64,000 nucleotides of DNA, from assembly GCA_031411295.1 (NCBI GenBank), contig JANOAV010000187.1, positions 1 to 64,000 of the forward strand, given 5' to 3'. The notes beneath the pieces were generated by a model. That model was not told the DNA's origin. It saw nothing but the letters and a program-made list of their open reading frames with translations, and ran no database searches. The stretch comes from Verrucomicrobiales bacterium. GTDB taxonomy: Bacteria > Verrucomicrobiota > Verrucomicrobiia > Verrucomicrobiales > V1-33. Positions 1 to 9,449 of this stretch are shown here, in pieces. The stretch's first letter is position 1. Each line of letters starts with the position of its first letter. Position numbers and translations under genes: made by a program.

Positions 1-136
1 CCCTGATCAAGGAACGCCCGCCGAGGAGCTGTCCCCGCACCCTGCGCCAACCCGTCAAAGCCTGGCCCAAAACCAAAATCCCCAGCTCCCAACCGCTCGT
101 CAAAACCATCACCATCACCAATCCTTAAAGGCATTG
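1..136 (+). mobile_element. 3' end of a probable IS4-family transposase and its right terminal repeat (cut by window edge)
   Basis: Frame from nt 3 reads LIKERPPRSCPRTLRQPVKAWPKTK...TNP* (TAA 126-128), a basic R-x-x-R-S-x-P-R..WP tail like IS4-family transposase C-termini. It runs into ccttaaaggcattg (reverse complement CAATGCC..TAAG), which resembles IS4-type ends. Confidence 0.55.
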
Positions 137-253
137 GGCTAAAGACGACTGTTTCATGCGCGCAAGCACTTGTGGGCAGATGCTGCACTTCGCTAAGTTC
201 CACAGCATCGGCGGCAACGAATACCACACGTCAGTCGTGAACAGACGCCCCGG

Positions 254-3200
254 CTACCCCAAATGTAACTGCAACCGCAGCAATTCACCAGACTCCGTCA
301 GCACCGCAAACCGCCCATCTGAGGCAATGTTTGAGACCGCTTTCACTCCGGCTTTTAGCGGGAATCGCATCACCTCCTCGAAATCGCGCAGGCGAAGCAC
401 GCGGAGGTAGTTAGCGGAGGTATTGCCCCACCGATCGTCAGTAATAACAGAGTGAACCACTACATGCTGCTGGTCGGGTATGATAGCAAGCGGCATCCCT
501 GTTTCTGAGAATCGTTTAGGGCCAGTGGTAGGGAAGCTTACACCAGTTTCCAAGTCGTAGATGTTGCAGGCTTCGTGGCTGTAGGACCATCCGTCGCCCC
601 CTTGACCGCTAACAGAGTCCGAGTGTGCGCAGACATATCTTCTGTTGCCCAGCGGTCCAAAGTTAGTCCACCAAAGGTCAAACTTGTGCACGAATACCCA
701 GGAAGCATCGGGATCAGTCCATCCCATTAGGCGATAAAGGCTGCCATCACACAGGCCAAGTAGACAATCCTGCCCATCTTCAGATAAGCCCAGCCAACTA
801 ACGTGCCCCGCCTGCCATTTATCCGCTCTGGGCAGAGGTATCATTCGTTCGCACTCCCCTGTTGCGATACTCCAAATACGCAAGGCATCCCAGTTCGTTG
901 CCGTCAGAATATGTAACCCATCATCACTCAGGATTGCTCCAGCAATAGTGAATTTGAGATGAGTTGGTTCGGGGGCGTTGGGATCTTCCAGGTAAGGTTG
1001 CCCTACGGCCCCATCAAGCGACTCCAGATAGGGACGCTGAGTAATCTGTGTTGCAGCGCCATCTGCTGGATTCAGTAGGAACATGAAGCCGTTAGTGCTA
1101 GCGAGTAACACTTGTCCTGTCGAAGATGAGGCACCTAGGGCGAGGAATTCTCCATTGCCGTGGTGTGGCCATTTCCTATCGTCTTCAGCGTGACGCGTGC
1201 GCGCTATTGCTTCGAAATGAGGATCCACCCCGACCCAATATCCACCAAGATCAAAAGGTGCACAAGCAACCTTCAAGGAATTAGTCAGCGTCAGGTGTCC
1301 GTTCGAAAAGAGCAAATATTGGCCTTCCTCGATTAATGGATTGGGCCCCGCATTCCTTTCCATAGGGTGTAGGCAGTTGAGGGCATCATAGCAATTTTCC
1401 CCAATTTTCACGAAACGCTCCGAACCAGGAAATTTGTCACCCCCAGTAGTGAGCAAGTGGGCTTGTTCTGAACTAGGCCCCGTGCGCAAATCAACGATCT
1501 CTCCCCCCACATACAGCAGTTCTCCAGCTGCGGAAAAGTGCATCGGCTCACCAAAATGTTGAACTACAAATTGTTTAATCGCTGAGCCGCCATAGACGTC
1601 CCAAATTTCAATCAATCCTTCAGAGGCAGTAGCCAGCAATTTCCCGTCCTGGGTGATCGCAAAAGTTCGAATGGATTTGGAAATACGCAGCAAGCCAAGG
1701 TTCGCAGAAAAATCGAAAACAAGTAGTCTGTCTTCATTGCTGAGCACCACAACTTGCCCATTTCCCGCTACTGCAAAGTGGCTGAAATTGTGGAACCCAC
1801 TCAGCCACCCGCTGTCGGAAAGGAAACAACTCAAACCCTGAGGAGGCAATGATTCGGCTTTCGATTCGATCCAAACACCGCCCTTAGGAACTGCCAAAAA
1901 TGCCAAGGCTCCATCATTCGATAAGAAGCGATAACTGTCTCGATGAAACGCGAAATCACCATTTACTGGCATTTGGCCAAGGAACGCACTAACCTCGGCG
2001 GGCAGATCGGTAGGGTTAATCTGCCGCACAGCTCCTTGAACCTGAAAGATCTCAAAATACAAATTCCAATAGCGCGCGAATCGGCCATCATCAGTTACCC
2101 AAAGGTATCCACAATCGCTCATTCGAGACCTGCTGGTTAGTTTGCCCTCGAATACAATTTTTAAGGTTGTAATAACGTGATTTGTTGCCACATCAAGGAA
2201 CTCGAACACGAGTTCGTTGGAAGGATAATTAGGCCTACTGACAGCAAGGACTTTGCGGAAGTTATCGAATGGCCGGGCTGCACCTGTGTCAGGAGAACAG
2301 TCGAAGGTGTTGAACCGCAACTTCATGCGTTGCAGGCCAGCCTGCTTGGGGTAGAGATTTTCTAGCCAGACGCTGCTGTCCAAGAACTTAATACCAGCTT
2401 CTCGGACAGATCCCTGCGAACGGTAGTTCGCGCAGAGTGCAGCCACATCAGTTTCTGCGTGCGAAATCCAGTCCCAGTGCTCGCTCACAAATGAGTCGAA
2501 TTCTGCAATAGCCGAAACGGGAGTGTGCTTTGCACTGGCTTGCTCGGGATGCTTTATCTGATCGAGCACGCGATCGGTTGCAGTCTTTGGTCGGACGATC
2601 TGAACCGCACGTTCACGCTGGCGCAGATCCTCCGCAATGTGCTGTGGTTTGTATTCGAGCAAGGCTTCCCGCCCTTCTGCGATTCTTTCCTCAAGCGTTT
2701 GTTCAAAATCTTCGGGAGCGCTTGGTTCGCCTTCATCCTGACCAGAAATCAAAACCTCCGTGCTCGGAGCATCATCGAAGTCAAAATCCAAACCATAATC
2801 TTCGGGGTCTCGTCCCGCCGCAATGTTCTCCAGGCGTCTCTGTTCGCTTTGTGCGGCTCTTTGTTTCTCCCAAGTTTCCTTTCGCTCACTAATAGCCGCC
2901 AGCACAAGTTCCCCGCCGCGTCCAGGATGCGGCACGGGCTCGCCCGCCAATCGGGCAATCCTGTTCTCCATGACCCATTGATTCCCCTCATCCAACGGCT
3001 CCAAGTCCAGAAAACGATTTCCGGAACCACCCGGCAAGGCTTCCAATGCGCTTCTGTAATCCTGAAGTAATTCCGCTACAAGCCCAGCCCGGACTTTGGT
3101 TGTGATAAACCCAATGTCCGTCAGCAGTCCCGCCACCTGAGCGGCATTCTCCTCGGTTGGCTTTTCCCGATAGGCCGCAAACAGGTGCGTCACCCCATGA

Positions 3201-5251
3201 CGAATCGTGTAGCCATGGCGGCGGTTGGTGGGGTCTAGACACCACTTTACCCACTGTGATTGGGCCCAAATAATTTCATCTTGGCGTTCCTTGATGAGAA
3301 AATCTCGGAGAGCGGAATGATTAATTCTAAAAGCTGATTTGCCGTCGGAGTCTGGAGAAGTGACCTCCTCAAGGACACTTCCTAGCAGGGTGAGCGTCCG
3401 TTGGATTTCTTGCGAATCCATGCCAGTGATATGGGAGATCAGCATGCAGGTAATGGGTTCGGCCGCTTCTGCTAGAAGCGGGAGCACGCTCCAGAGCGGA
3501 GCCAGCAGATTTTTCTGAAGTTGCTGCTCTTCCAATGCCATGCGCTCTTCACAATCGGACTCCGTCAGATGCCCCTCAGTCACCAATTTCCGATAAATTT
3601 TCCTCATTGCCTCAAATTCGTCACGCGCTCTATTCGGTCCCGCATTTGTGATTTGTTGCTCGATATTCGCCAGAGTCCTCCGATATAGCGCAGACAATCC
3701 TTGTGGCAGCTTGGAAATTACAGCTTCTGTAAACTCCACGTTGTCCGCATCCAATTCTTTCCCGAGCAAACACACATACAATGGAGAGCCCTCTGATTTG
3801 TCCAAGACTTGCTCAATCAGGTCTTCCCTCAGTGCCACTACACGCCAGTTGGCAGATTCAGAAAGAATTGCCCTGATGGAATTGGCGTCCAGCTTACCGA
3901 TGGTGAAATGAACTGCCTTGTCCTCGTCGTATTTGGAGCAGAATGCCTCGTCCTTAAGAAACTCTGGCCGCATGGACAGCACCCAACGAACCCCTGCAGG
4001 GCTGAGTTCTGGGCTGGGCAACCAATGCAAGATTCGTTCCTCATTACGTTTTGCAGCATACCGCTCGGATTCGTCCAATCCATCAATCAGGACCACTATT
4101 TTGGAAAATTTCTGAGCCGCAATTTCCAATAAACGATTGAACTCGCGCTGACGATCCTCTGCTTTCCAAAGATCATTGTGCTTGTATTTCTTTCCAGCAG
4201 CATGAGCAAGCTGATCTGAGAGGCTCCGGAATATGGCCATTGTCGAGCAAGTGCCATCATCGCCTTCCATAATGAAGTGCTGGACGACCAACGGGGCTTG
4301 TGGGGCATTGGCTTTCAGGTCGCAGAGCCATTTGCACAACAAGCTTGTTTTGCCTTGGCCGAGAGTGGCCGAAATAATTACTGGCTTACGATGCAGATGA
4401 TCCACTAAATCCCGCAATTTAACGAGTTCGTGGGTTCGACCCACGAAAGAATCTGCACGGTCTTTGATGAAATGTCGAAAATCATTGCAGGATGCGGGCT
4501 GGCTGGCTTCTTCGGGAAACTCATTATTAAATGCAGCCGCAGCTGGCTCCGTGGACTTTTGGACAGAACTCTCCCCTGAAAAGTAGTTCAGATAAGAAAT
4601 ACTACCCTTATCCCCCTTGCGGCCATTGTAGATTATCGATGACTGATCACTGACCGCTTCGGTCAGGAACAAGGGATACAAGTCCAAGCAATACGAACCA
4701 TCAGAATCTTGAAGCATCCAGTGGGTTGGGTTAGTCCCTGCTGGAACTAGGGGAAAGCGTTTCTGAATTGCTGCGGCACGCTCAAGGAGTAGATTAAAGT
4801 GTGTTATCTGCTGCTCCATCACTGTCTCTGAGATCGATTCCTCGGGCACAGCGCCATGGCCCTTATATAGATTACGGAAGCTTACGAGCCCATCTGAGAG
4901 TTTTTTATCGACCAGCGGCTTAATTAGCGCAACCAGCGGAGGAAGAGGCTTGTCGAAAACCGCGCAAATGGACTCGATGAATTTGGTATGATCCCCGAGC
5001 GAAGGTCGAGGCAACTTGTTTGAAATAAATTTTCTTACCTTTTCGATCTCCTCAGACCGATCGCTCGATTTGTGGCGATTGAATTCACGGATCGCTATAG
5101 CTGATCCGAATTTGAATACGGTTTCAATCGTATCCACCATTAGCAGGAGCTTCAACCTAGGCTCTTGCTGAGCGTCAAAACGACGAGCAGGAATAGCAAT
5201 GGGAGCAGGGAGGGATGCGAGGAGTTGTTCGGAGATTTTGAAGATGGGCAT
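254..5251 (-). CDS. NLR-like STAND protein: N-terminal HEPN-like domain, NACHT-type NTPase, helical domain, C-terminal WD40-like beta-propeller
   Basis: PSLG...FRNLYKGHGA (R-x5-H); FVGR, Walker A ATLGQGKTS, Walker B VVLIDGLDE, sensor VLSMRP; HL..LLTD.GFI..KV.AG...LL.DY helical motif; WD-like repeats (LLATASEGLIEIWDV, ILTATNWDALRIWSIATGEC). Confidence 0.8.
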   Translation of the reverse strand: MPIFKISEQLLASLPAPIAIPARRFDAQQEPRLKLLLMVDTIETVFKFGSAIAIREFNRHKSSDRSEEIEKVRKFISNKLPRPSLGDHTKFIESICAVFDKPLPPLVALIKPLVDKKLSDGLVSFRNLYKGHGAVPEESISETVMEQQITHFNLLLERAAAIQKRFPLVPAGTNPTHWMLQDSDGSYCLDLYPLFLTEAVSDQSSIIYNGRKGDKGSISYLNYFSGESSVQKSTEPAAAAFNNEFPEEASQPASCNDFRHFIKDRADSFVGRTHELVKLRDLVDHLHRKPVIISATLGQGKTSLLCKWLCDLKANAPQAPLVVQHFIMEGDDGTCSTMAIFRSLSDQLAHAAGKKYKHNDLWKAEDRQREFNRLLEIAAQKFSKIVVLIDGLDESERYAAKRNEERILHWLPSPELSPAGVRWVLSMRPEFLKDEAFCSKYDEDKAVHFTIGKLDANSIRAILSESANWRVVALREDLIEQVLDKSEGSPLYVCLLGKELDADNVEFTEAVISKLPQGLSALYRRTLANIEQQITNAGPNRARDEFEAMRKIYRKLVTEGHLTESDCEERMALEEQQLQKNLLAPLWSVLPLLAEAAEPITCMLISHITGMDSQEIQRTLTLLGSVLEEVTSPDSDGKSAFRINHSALRDFLIKERQDEIIWAQSQWVKWCLDPTNRRHGYTIRHGVTHLFAAYREKPTEENAAQVAGLLTDIGFITTKVRAGLVAELLQDYRSALEALPGGSGNRFLDLEPLDEGNQWVMENRIARLAGEPVPHPGRGGELVLAAISERKETWEKQRAAQSEQRRLENIAAGRDPEDYGLDFDFDDAPSTEVLISGQDEGEPSAPEDFEQTLEERIAEGREALLEYKPQHIAEDLRQRERAVQIVRPKTATDRVLDQIKHPEQASAKHTPVSAIAEFDSFVSEHWDWISHAETDVAALCANYRSQGSVREAGIKFLDSSVWLENLYPKQAGLQRMKLRFNTFDCSPDTGAARPFDNFRKVLAVSRPNYPSNELVFEFLDVATNHVITTLKIVFEGKLTSRSRMSDCGYLWVTDDGRFARYWNLYFEIFQVQGAVRQINPTDLPAEVSAFLGQMPVNGDFAFHRDSYRFLSNDGALAFLAVPKGGVWIESKAESLPPQGLSCFLSDSGWLSGFHNFSHFAVAGNGQVVVLSNEDRLLVFDFSANLGLLRISKSIRTFAITQDGKLLATASEGLIEIWDVYGGSAIKQFVVQHFGEPMHFSAAGELLYVGGEIVDLRTGPSSEQAHLLTTGGDKFPGSERFVKIGENCYDALNCLHPMERNAGPNPLIEEGQYLLFSNGHLTLTNSLKVACAPFDLGGYWVGVDPHFEAIARTRHAEDDRKWPHHGNGEFLALGASSSTGQVLLASTNGFMFLLNPADGAATQITQRPYLESLDGAVGQPYLEDPNAPEPTHLKFTIAGAILSDDGLHILTATNWDALRIWSIATGECERMIPLPRADKWQAGHVSWLGLSEDGQDCLLGLCDGSLYRLMGWTDPDASWVFVHKFDLWWTNFGPLGNRRYVCAHSDSVSGQGGDGWSYSHEACNIYDLETGVSFPTTGPKRFSETGMPLAIIPDQQHVVVHSVITDDRWGNTSANYLRVLRLRDFEEVMRFPLKAGVKAVSNIASDGRFAVLTESGELLRLQLHLG

Positions 5252-5314
5252 TTAGTTATGGGTTTATATCACAGCGGAAAGCTGATGTCATGAGTTTGAT
5301 TGCGCCTGAGAAGA

Positions 5315-7843
5315 TCAGGCCGCGTTTACTGCTGTCAGGAAGTGGGCCGATGGAAGTTCCATCATTTGCGTTAGGCCGACGATTTCATGAATGAACGGGG
5401 CTTTGATGCGTTTGGTGGCTCCGTGGGAGAGAGTCACGAGATATTCCAAGCCTTCGGGGCCGGGCATGAAGGTGATGATGGTCACTTCTTCATGATGATC
5501 CTCATGACGATAGAGCGCGGGGCACCCGGGTTGGAACACTTGGACGGTGTCAGTGGAATCCAGTCGGGAAACCGCTGCTGAGGGCTCGCTGATTTGCGTC
5601 GTCCAAGTTTCCGAGGCGAGGGCCAGCTTGCGCAGCGCCTCGACCACAGCGGTGTCGGCTTGTTCTGCGATCGCTTGCTCCGCAGTCGCGGCGGCAATTT
5701 CCGAGAAATGGAGGAACAGTTCGTCGGTGAGGCGCAGCCCACCTTCGATGCGGTCATAAATGCAGATGCCCGTGACCGGGCTGGGCCCGTAGGGGTTCTG
5801 CTTGCAGCGGAAACGCCCGACTCCGAGATCGCCCCGGCAGACACCGAAGCGCGTGCAGAAGGTCGCGAGGATGCGTTCGCCACATTCCTCAGGCGGCGTT
5901 TCCAGATCGCTCAGGGTCCAACAGACACCCGTGGAACGCAGCCACCGATCAAACGCGGTCTGATGAAAGCTGCTCCCCTTGCCGTAAAGCTCCGTGTGGG
6001 TGGCAGAGCCCCGGCGTTCTCGGAAGCCAGTGATGCGCTCGGTAATCTGCACCTCGCCACCGTAGAGGAATCCGGTGGAGCCACTGCGCAAGGCTTCCGC
6101 CTGCCGCAGGGTCACGAAGACATTGCTCTGCAACATGGGTGTGGTTGTATAACGACGCTCGCGACTGACTTCCACCACTGCCTTGTTCCGCTTCACGGAA
6201 CGAACGCGGAATGGGGTGGCCAAGTGGTAGTAGATGGCTCCAGGATAAGCCTCTCGCATGACCTGAGGAAAGCTAATGCTCCCCATCTTCCCAGCCCACC
6301 CCATGATTTCAAAGGTGGTTTCCTTGCCGCTGCGAAGGGAAAAGATGCGGTGGGGGCTGTCACCCGCCTTGGTCTTCAGCTCAAACAGATCGCGCTCCAA
6401 CATTTGCCCACCATCGCGTTCTCCTTCCAACAGGGATTGAAAGCGGGGAGACAAGTCTGCAAAGGCTGCCGGATTCCAAGAATGCTCGCTCGCCTGAGCC
6501 TCGATGGCAGCACAGAGCACATGCGCAAACTCCAAATTCCGGTTCTCGAGACAAAGGTGATTCGCCTCAATAGGCCGAGCCAAGTGAGTCTTCAGATCGT
6601 CACCCCGACCACTGGACGCATCCTCCAGCAACAGGACGCAACCCTCCCCATGACGCCCAGTCCGCCCCGCGCGCTGCCAGAGGGATTTTTGGCTGGGGGG
6701 ATTTCCCATGAGGATGACGCAATTGATGCCAGGAATATCCACTCCCAGTTCGAGCGCAGAAGTGGCAATCACTCCACGCAACTGGCCGGTGGCCAGTGCT
6801 TGCTCGATCCGCTGACGGTCCTGCGATTCAATGCCCGAACGATACGGCAAAATGCCGGGGGCGGCCAGCAGTTCATCTTCCACCACCACCTCATCGTCCG
6901 ATTCTCCCCTTCGCGTGGCGGAAGCAAGCAGTTCTGCTGCCTTGCGGGAATCAGCAAAAGCAATGAAGCGCACTCCTGCAGAAGCCAGCGACATGATCAA
7001 CTCGACCCGGTCGTTAAAGCCTTTGCCTCCGCTGGAGGAGCGAATTTTGCGCCAGGCGACCTCATGTCTCGGGGAACCATCATCCGCCGCAGAAATCTGC
7101 TTCAAGACGCGGCCAGTAAGTTGCGAAAGGAAGGTATCCACTTGGCCAATCGTGGCGGAACTCGCAATGAGCTGAAAGTCAGGCCCGCAAGCCTCCAACC
7201 GCCGCAGCAGATAGGCCATGCTGGTGCCAAACACACCATCGTAAACATGGGCCTCATCCAAAATAACCAAGCGCAGGGCCTCACGGAAGCGACGGACGCC
7301 CGGGGAGTGCAAATTGGACATCATCCAAGCATGCATCACATCCGGCGTCATGATGAGCACCTGATTGTCCGCCAACAATTGCTCCCGCTCTTTTACCTTA
7401 ACGTCCCCATCAAGCACCGCAACGTTGAGGCCGAATCCAGCCATGGCCTGCTGCCACTTGGCAAACTGATCATTCCCCAATGCCTTCATCGGGTAAAGCG
7501 CCACGACCTTAGCCTCAGGATGTTGCAGCAAAATCTGCAAGGCCCCCGTGATAAACACCAAGCTCTTGCCGGATGCGGTGGGTGTGGTCAGAGCGACATC
7601 CACCCCAGCAATGATTTGCTCCAGCGCCAATGCCTGATGCCGGTAGATCCCTGCCGGAAACTGGGACTGTAGCTGGGCGCTCAGCGCAGGCAGCAAGCCC
7701 TCAGGAATGGCAGCAGCAACGGCGGCTCGGGCAGGTTGAGAAAGTTCGTCGGAAATATTCCAAGCTTCTTGCTCAAGCACTTCATCAATACGAGTAAGGA
7801 TGGAAGGCGTGGTGACAGTGGAGTGGGTAGTGATGGCAGTCAT
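5315..7843 (-). CDS. DEAD/DEAH-box SF2 helicase, YprA/MrfA/Hrq1-like, with DUF1998-like C-terminal region
   Basis: YRHQ, TPTASGKS, YPMKAL.NDQ, TPDVMH, DEAH, SAT, YRSG, ATSALELGVDI, QRAGRTGR, EAYPGAIYYH, IYDRIEGG motifs. Confidence 0.88.
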   Translation of the reverse strand: MTAITTHSTVTTPSILTRIDEVLEQEAWNISDELSQPARAAVAAAIPEGLLPALSAQLQSQFPAGIYRHQALALEQIIAGVDVALTTPTASGKSLVFITGALQILLQHPEAKVVALYPMKALGNDQFAKWQQAMAGFGLNVAVLDGDVKVKEREQLLADNQVLIMTPDVMHAWMMSNLHSPGVRRFREALRLVILDEAHVYDGVFGTSMAYLLRRLEACGPDFQLIASSATIGQVDTFLSQLTGRVLKQISAADDGSPRHEVAWRKIRSSSGGKGFNDRVELIMSLASAGVRFIAFADSRKAAELLASATRRGESDDEVVVEDELLAAPGILPYRSGIESQDRQRIEQALATGQLRGVIATSALELGVDIPGINCVILMGNPPSQKSLWQRAGRTGRHGEGCVLLLEDASSGRGDDLKTHLARPIEANHLCLENRNLEFAHVLCAAIEAQASEHSWNPAAFADLSPRFQSLLEGERDGGQMLERDLFELKTKAGDSPHRIFSLRSGKETTFEIMGWAGKMGSISFPQVMREAYPGAIYYHLATPFRVRSVKRNKAVVEVSRERRYTTTPMLQSNVFVTLRQAEALRSGSTGFLYGGEVQITERITGFRERRGSATHTELYGKGSSFHQTAFDRWLRSTGVCWTLSDLETPPEECGERILATFCTRFGVCRGDLGVGRFRCKQNPYGPSPVTGICIYDRIEGGLRLTDELFLHFSEIAAATAEQAIAEQADTAVVEALRKLALASETWTTQISEPSAAVSRLDSTDTVQVFQPGCPALYRHEDHHEEVTIITFMPGPEGLEYLVTLSHGATKRIKAPFIHEIVGLTQMMELPSAHFLTAVNAA

Positions 7844-7944
7844 AATATGAGTAGTGGATGGGTTGAATTTTGCGATGACCCAGAATCGCGGAAATCATTG
7901 CAAAAACCATTGCCTATTCCAGAATGATTGGTAACTGATCCGTT

Positions 7945-8847
7945 ATGTTTGAAGATTTACTCAGCAACGGACTCACCATTAACGCCCTCAGGTCATTCCT
8001 TTTGGTAGCCGAGAAAGGCGGCTATTCCGCTGCGGCCGAAGGGGAGCTATCGAAGGCTGCAAACTTGAAGAATCGGATCTCTGGTCTGGCGGATCCCTTC
8101 CATGGAGTGCCCTTGTTTCAACCACAAGGAAGGGGTGTTGTGCTCACCGCAAAAGGCAAAGAACTTCAAAGCGTGGCGACTCAGGCGCTGCAATTACTGG
8201 AGGACTTTCGACGAAGCTGCTTGGAGGAAAGGCAGTTGATACGGATTGGCGGTGGCCAGTCTCTGTTCGATGGAATTTTCCTCCCGCAGTGGCCGCGCAT
8301 CCATCAACGGCTAAGCAAATCGAGGTTCCAATTTCATAATTTACGCACGGCTGAAGCGGTGAGACAACTCAAAGAGCAGCGCATTGATTTCGCGCTAGTT
8401 AGACCAGATGCCGTTGGCGTGGAGCAACTCGGGAGTCGTTCGCTGGGCAAGATTGAATTCGCGTTGTGCGTGCCGCATCAACTGCTCAAGCGGCAATCCG
8501 ATGCGCCCACTCTGGCTGATGTGCCCCGGAAATTGCCCATGGCGACTCTGGCGGGCGATGGACAGTTCAAGTCCCAGTTGGAAGCCTATGCGAAGGAGAA
8601 TAAATTCAAGTTTCAGTATCTCGTGGAATGCAGCTCGCAGGCGCAGGTCTGCTCGTTCTTAGAGACCGGCACCGTAGCCGCCGTCTTGCCAATCTCGTTA
8701 GTCGATTCTATGCGGGAGGTGGCGACGTTTCCAATGATGAACGCCGACGGATTTCGACGCGAGGCCGCCTTAGTGTGGCTGCCAGAGCGTTTGCATGTCA
8801 TGCCGGAACTGGAAAACGCGAGGCAAGCGATGGCGCAATTGCTGTAA
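7945..8847 (+). CDS. LysR-family transcriptional regulator, divergent from the helicase
   Basis: LRSFLLVAEKGGYSAAA...LF..QGRGVVLTAKG N-terminal HTH, IDFAL substrate-binding domain, 300 aa. Confidence 0.85.
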   Translation: MFEDLLSNGLTINALRSFLLVAEKGGYSAAAEGELSKAANLKNRISGLADPFHGVPLFQPQGRGVVLTAKGKELQSVATQALQLLEDFRRSCLEERQLIRIGGGQSLFDGIFLPQWPRIHQRLSKSRFQFHNLRTAEAVRQLKEQRIDFALVRPDAVGVEQLGSRSLGKIEFALCVPHQLLKRQSDAPTLADVPRKLPMATLAGDGQFKSQLEAYAKENKFKFQYLVECSSQAQVCSFLETGTVAAVLPISLVDSMREVATFPMMNADGFRREAALVWLPERLHVMPELENARQAMAQLL

Positions 8848-8933
8848 GATGCGAAGGCGCAGTTTTGCCGTAGCCGACCGCCGGAGCGCTTTGCCAACGA
8901 TGCACGCACTAAACCAAGATTATTTTCCTGGGC

Positions 8934-9383
8934 TTAGTAGATCACATCTCCCTGGGTATTGTTCAGCGCAATTTTGCGATCGGATGGGATGGACGAGGTC
9001 TCGACGGTTTTGACCGTGGAACTCACGGTTCCGGTGCTCTTGTTCACACCGACCAGATCCGTTTTGCCGCCGGAGGATTTTACGGGCACATAGACGTAGT
9101 TTGATTTGGAGCGGCTAGCCCGAGCCCGAGCTAAGGCTTGCTCCCGCTCCCGGGCTTCGGTTTGGCGCTGGGAGATGACGCGTAAGGCAACATAGGTCAG
9201 CACCGCAGCTCCCGCTCCGATGGCAAGTGCCTGGATGCGATTCGCCCCGTTGGCATTGGCGATAAGCCCGGCCCCAAGGCCTGCCCCCAAGCTTCCAAGG
9301 GTCTGTCCCATTTCGGTGGTAACACAACTTGTGGTAATGCCGCAACAGCAGGTGCAGAGAGCCAGCGCGACAGTTCGTTTCAT
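8934..9383 (-). CDS. Small glycine-zipper lipoprotein
   Basis: MKRTVALALCTCCCGITTSC signal/lipobox, then GSLGAGLGAGLIA...IGAGAA glycine zipper. Start chosen at 9383; the ORF extends to 9413/9476. Confidence 0.65.
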   Translation of the reverse strand: MKRTVALALCTCCCGITTSCVTTEMGQTLGSLGAGLGAGLIANANGANRIQALAIGAGAAVLTYVALRVISQRQTEAREREQALARARASRSKSNYVYVPVKSSGGKTDLVGVNKSTGTVSSTVKTVETSSIPSDRKIALNNTQGDVIY

Positions 9384-9432
9384 GATAGTGACAGAATCGG
9401 ATTTTGCTTTCATAGGTATGAAATTGTTAACT

Positions 9433-9449
9433 CGCAGAGGCCATGCCAA
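9433..9449 (-). promoter_or_regulatory. Putative sigma-54 (-24/-12) promoter for the glycine-zipper lipoprotein
   Basis: Minus strand TTGGCATGGCCTCTGCG has GG-N10-GC spacing and is close to the TGGCAC-N5-TTGC consensus. Confidence 0.5.

Noticed and set aside
5594..7672. 692-aa plus-strand ORF
   Set aside because: Antisense shadow of the helicase, which carries all SF2 motifs; the translation has no recognisable motifs.
254..7843. Assignment to DISARM, Druantia, Dpd or a named Avs type
   Set aside because: The required partner genes are absent and the sensor is WD40-like rather than TPR; left unassigned.
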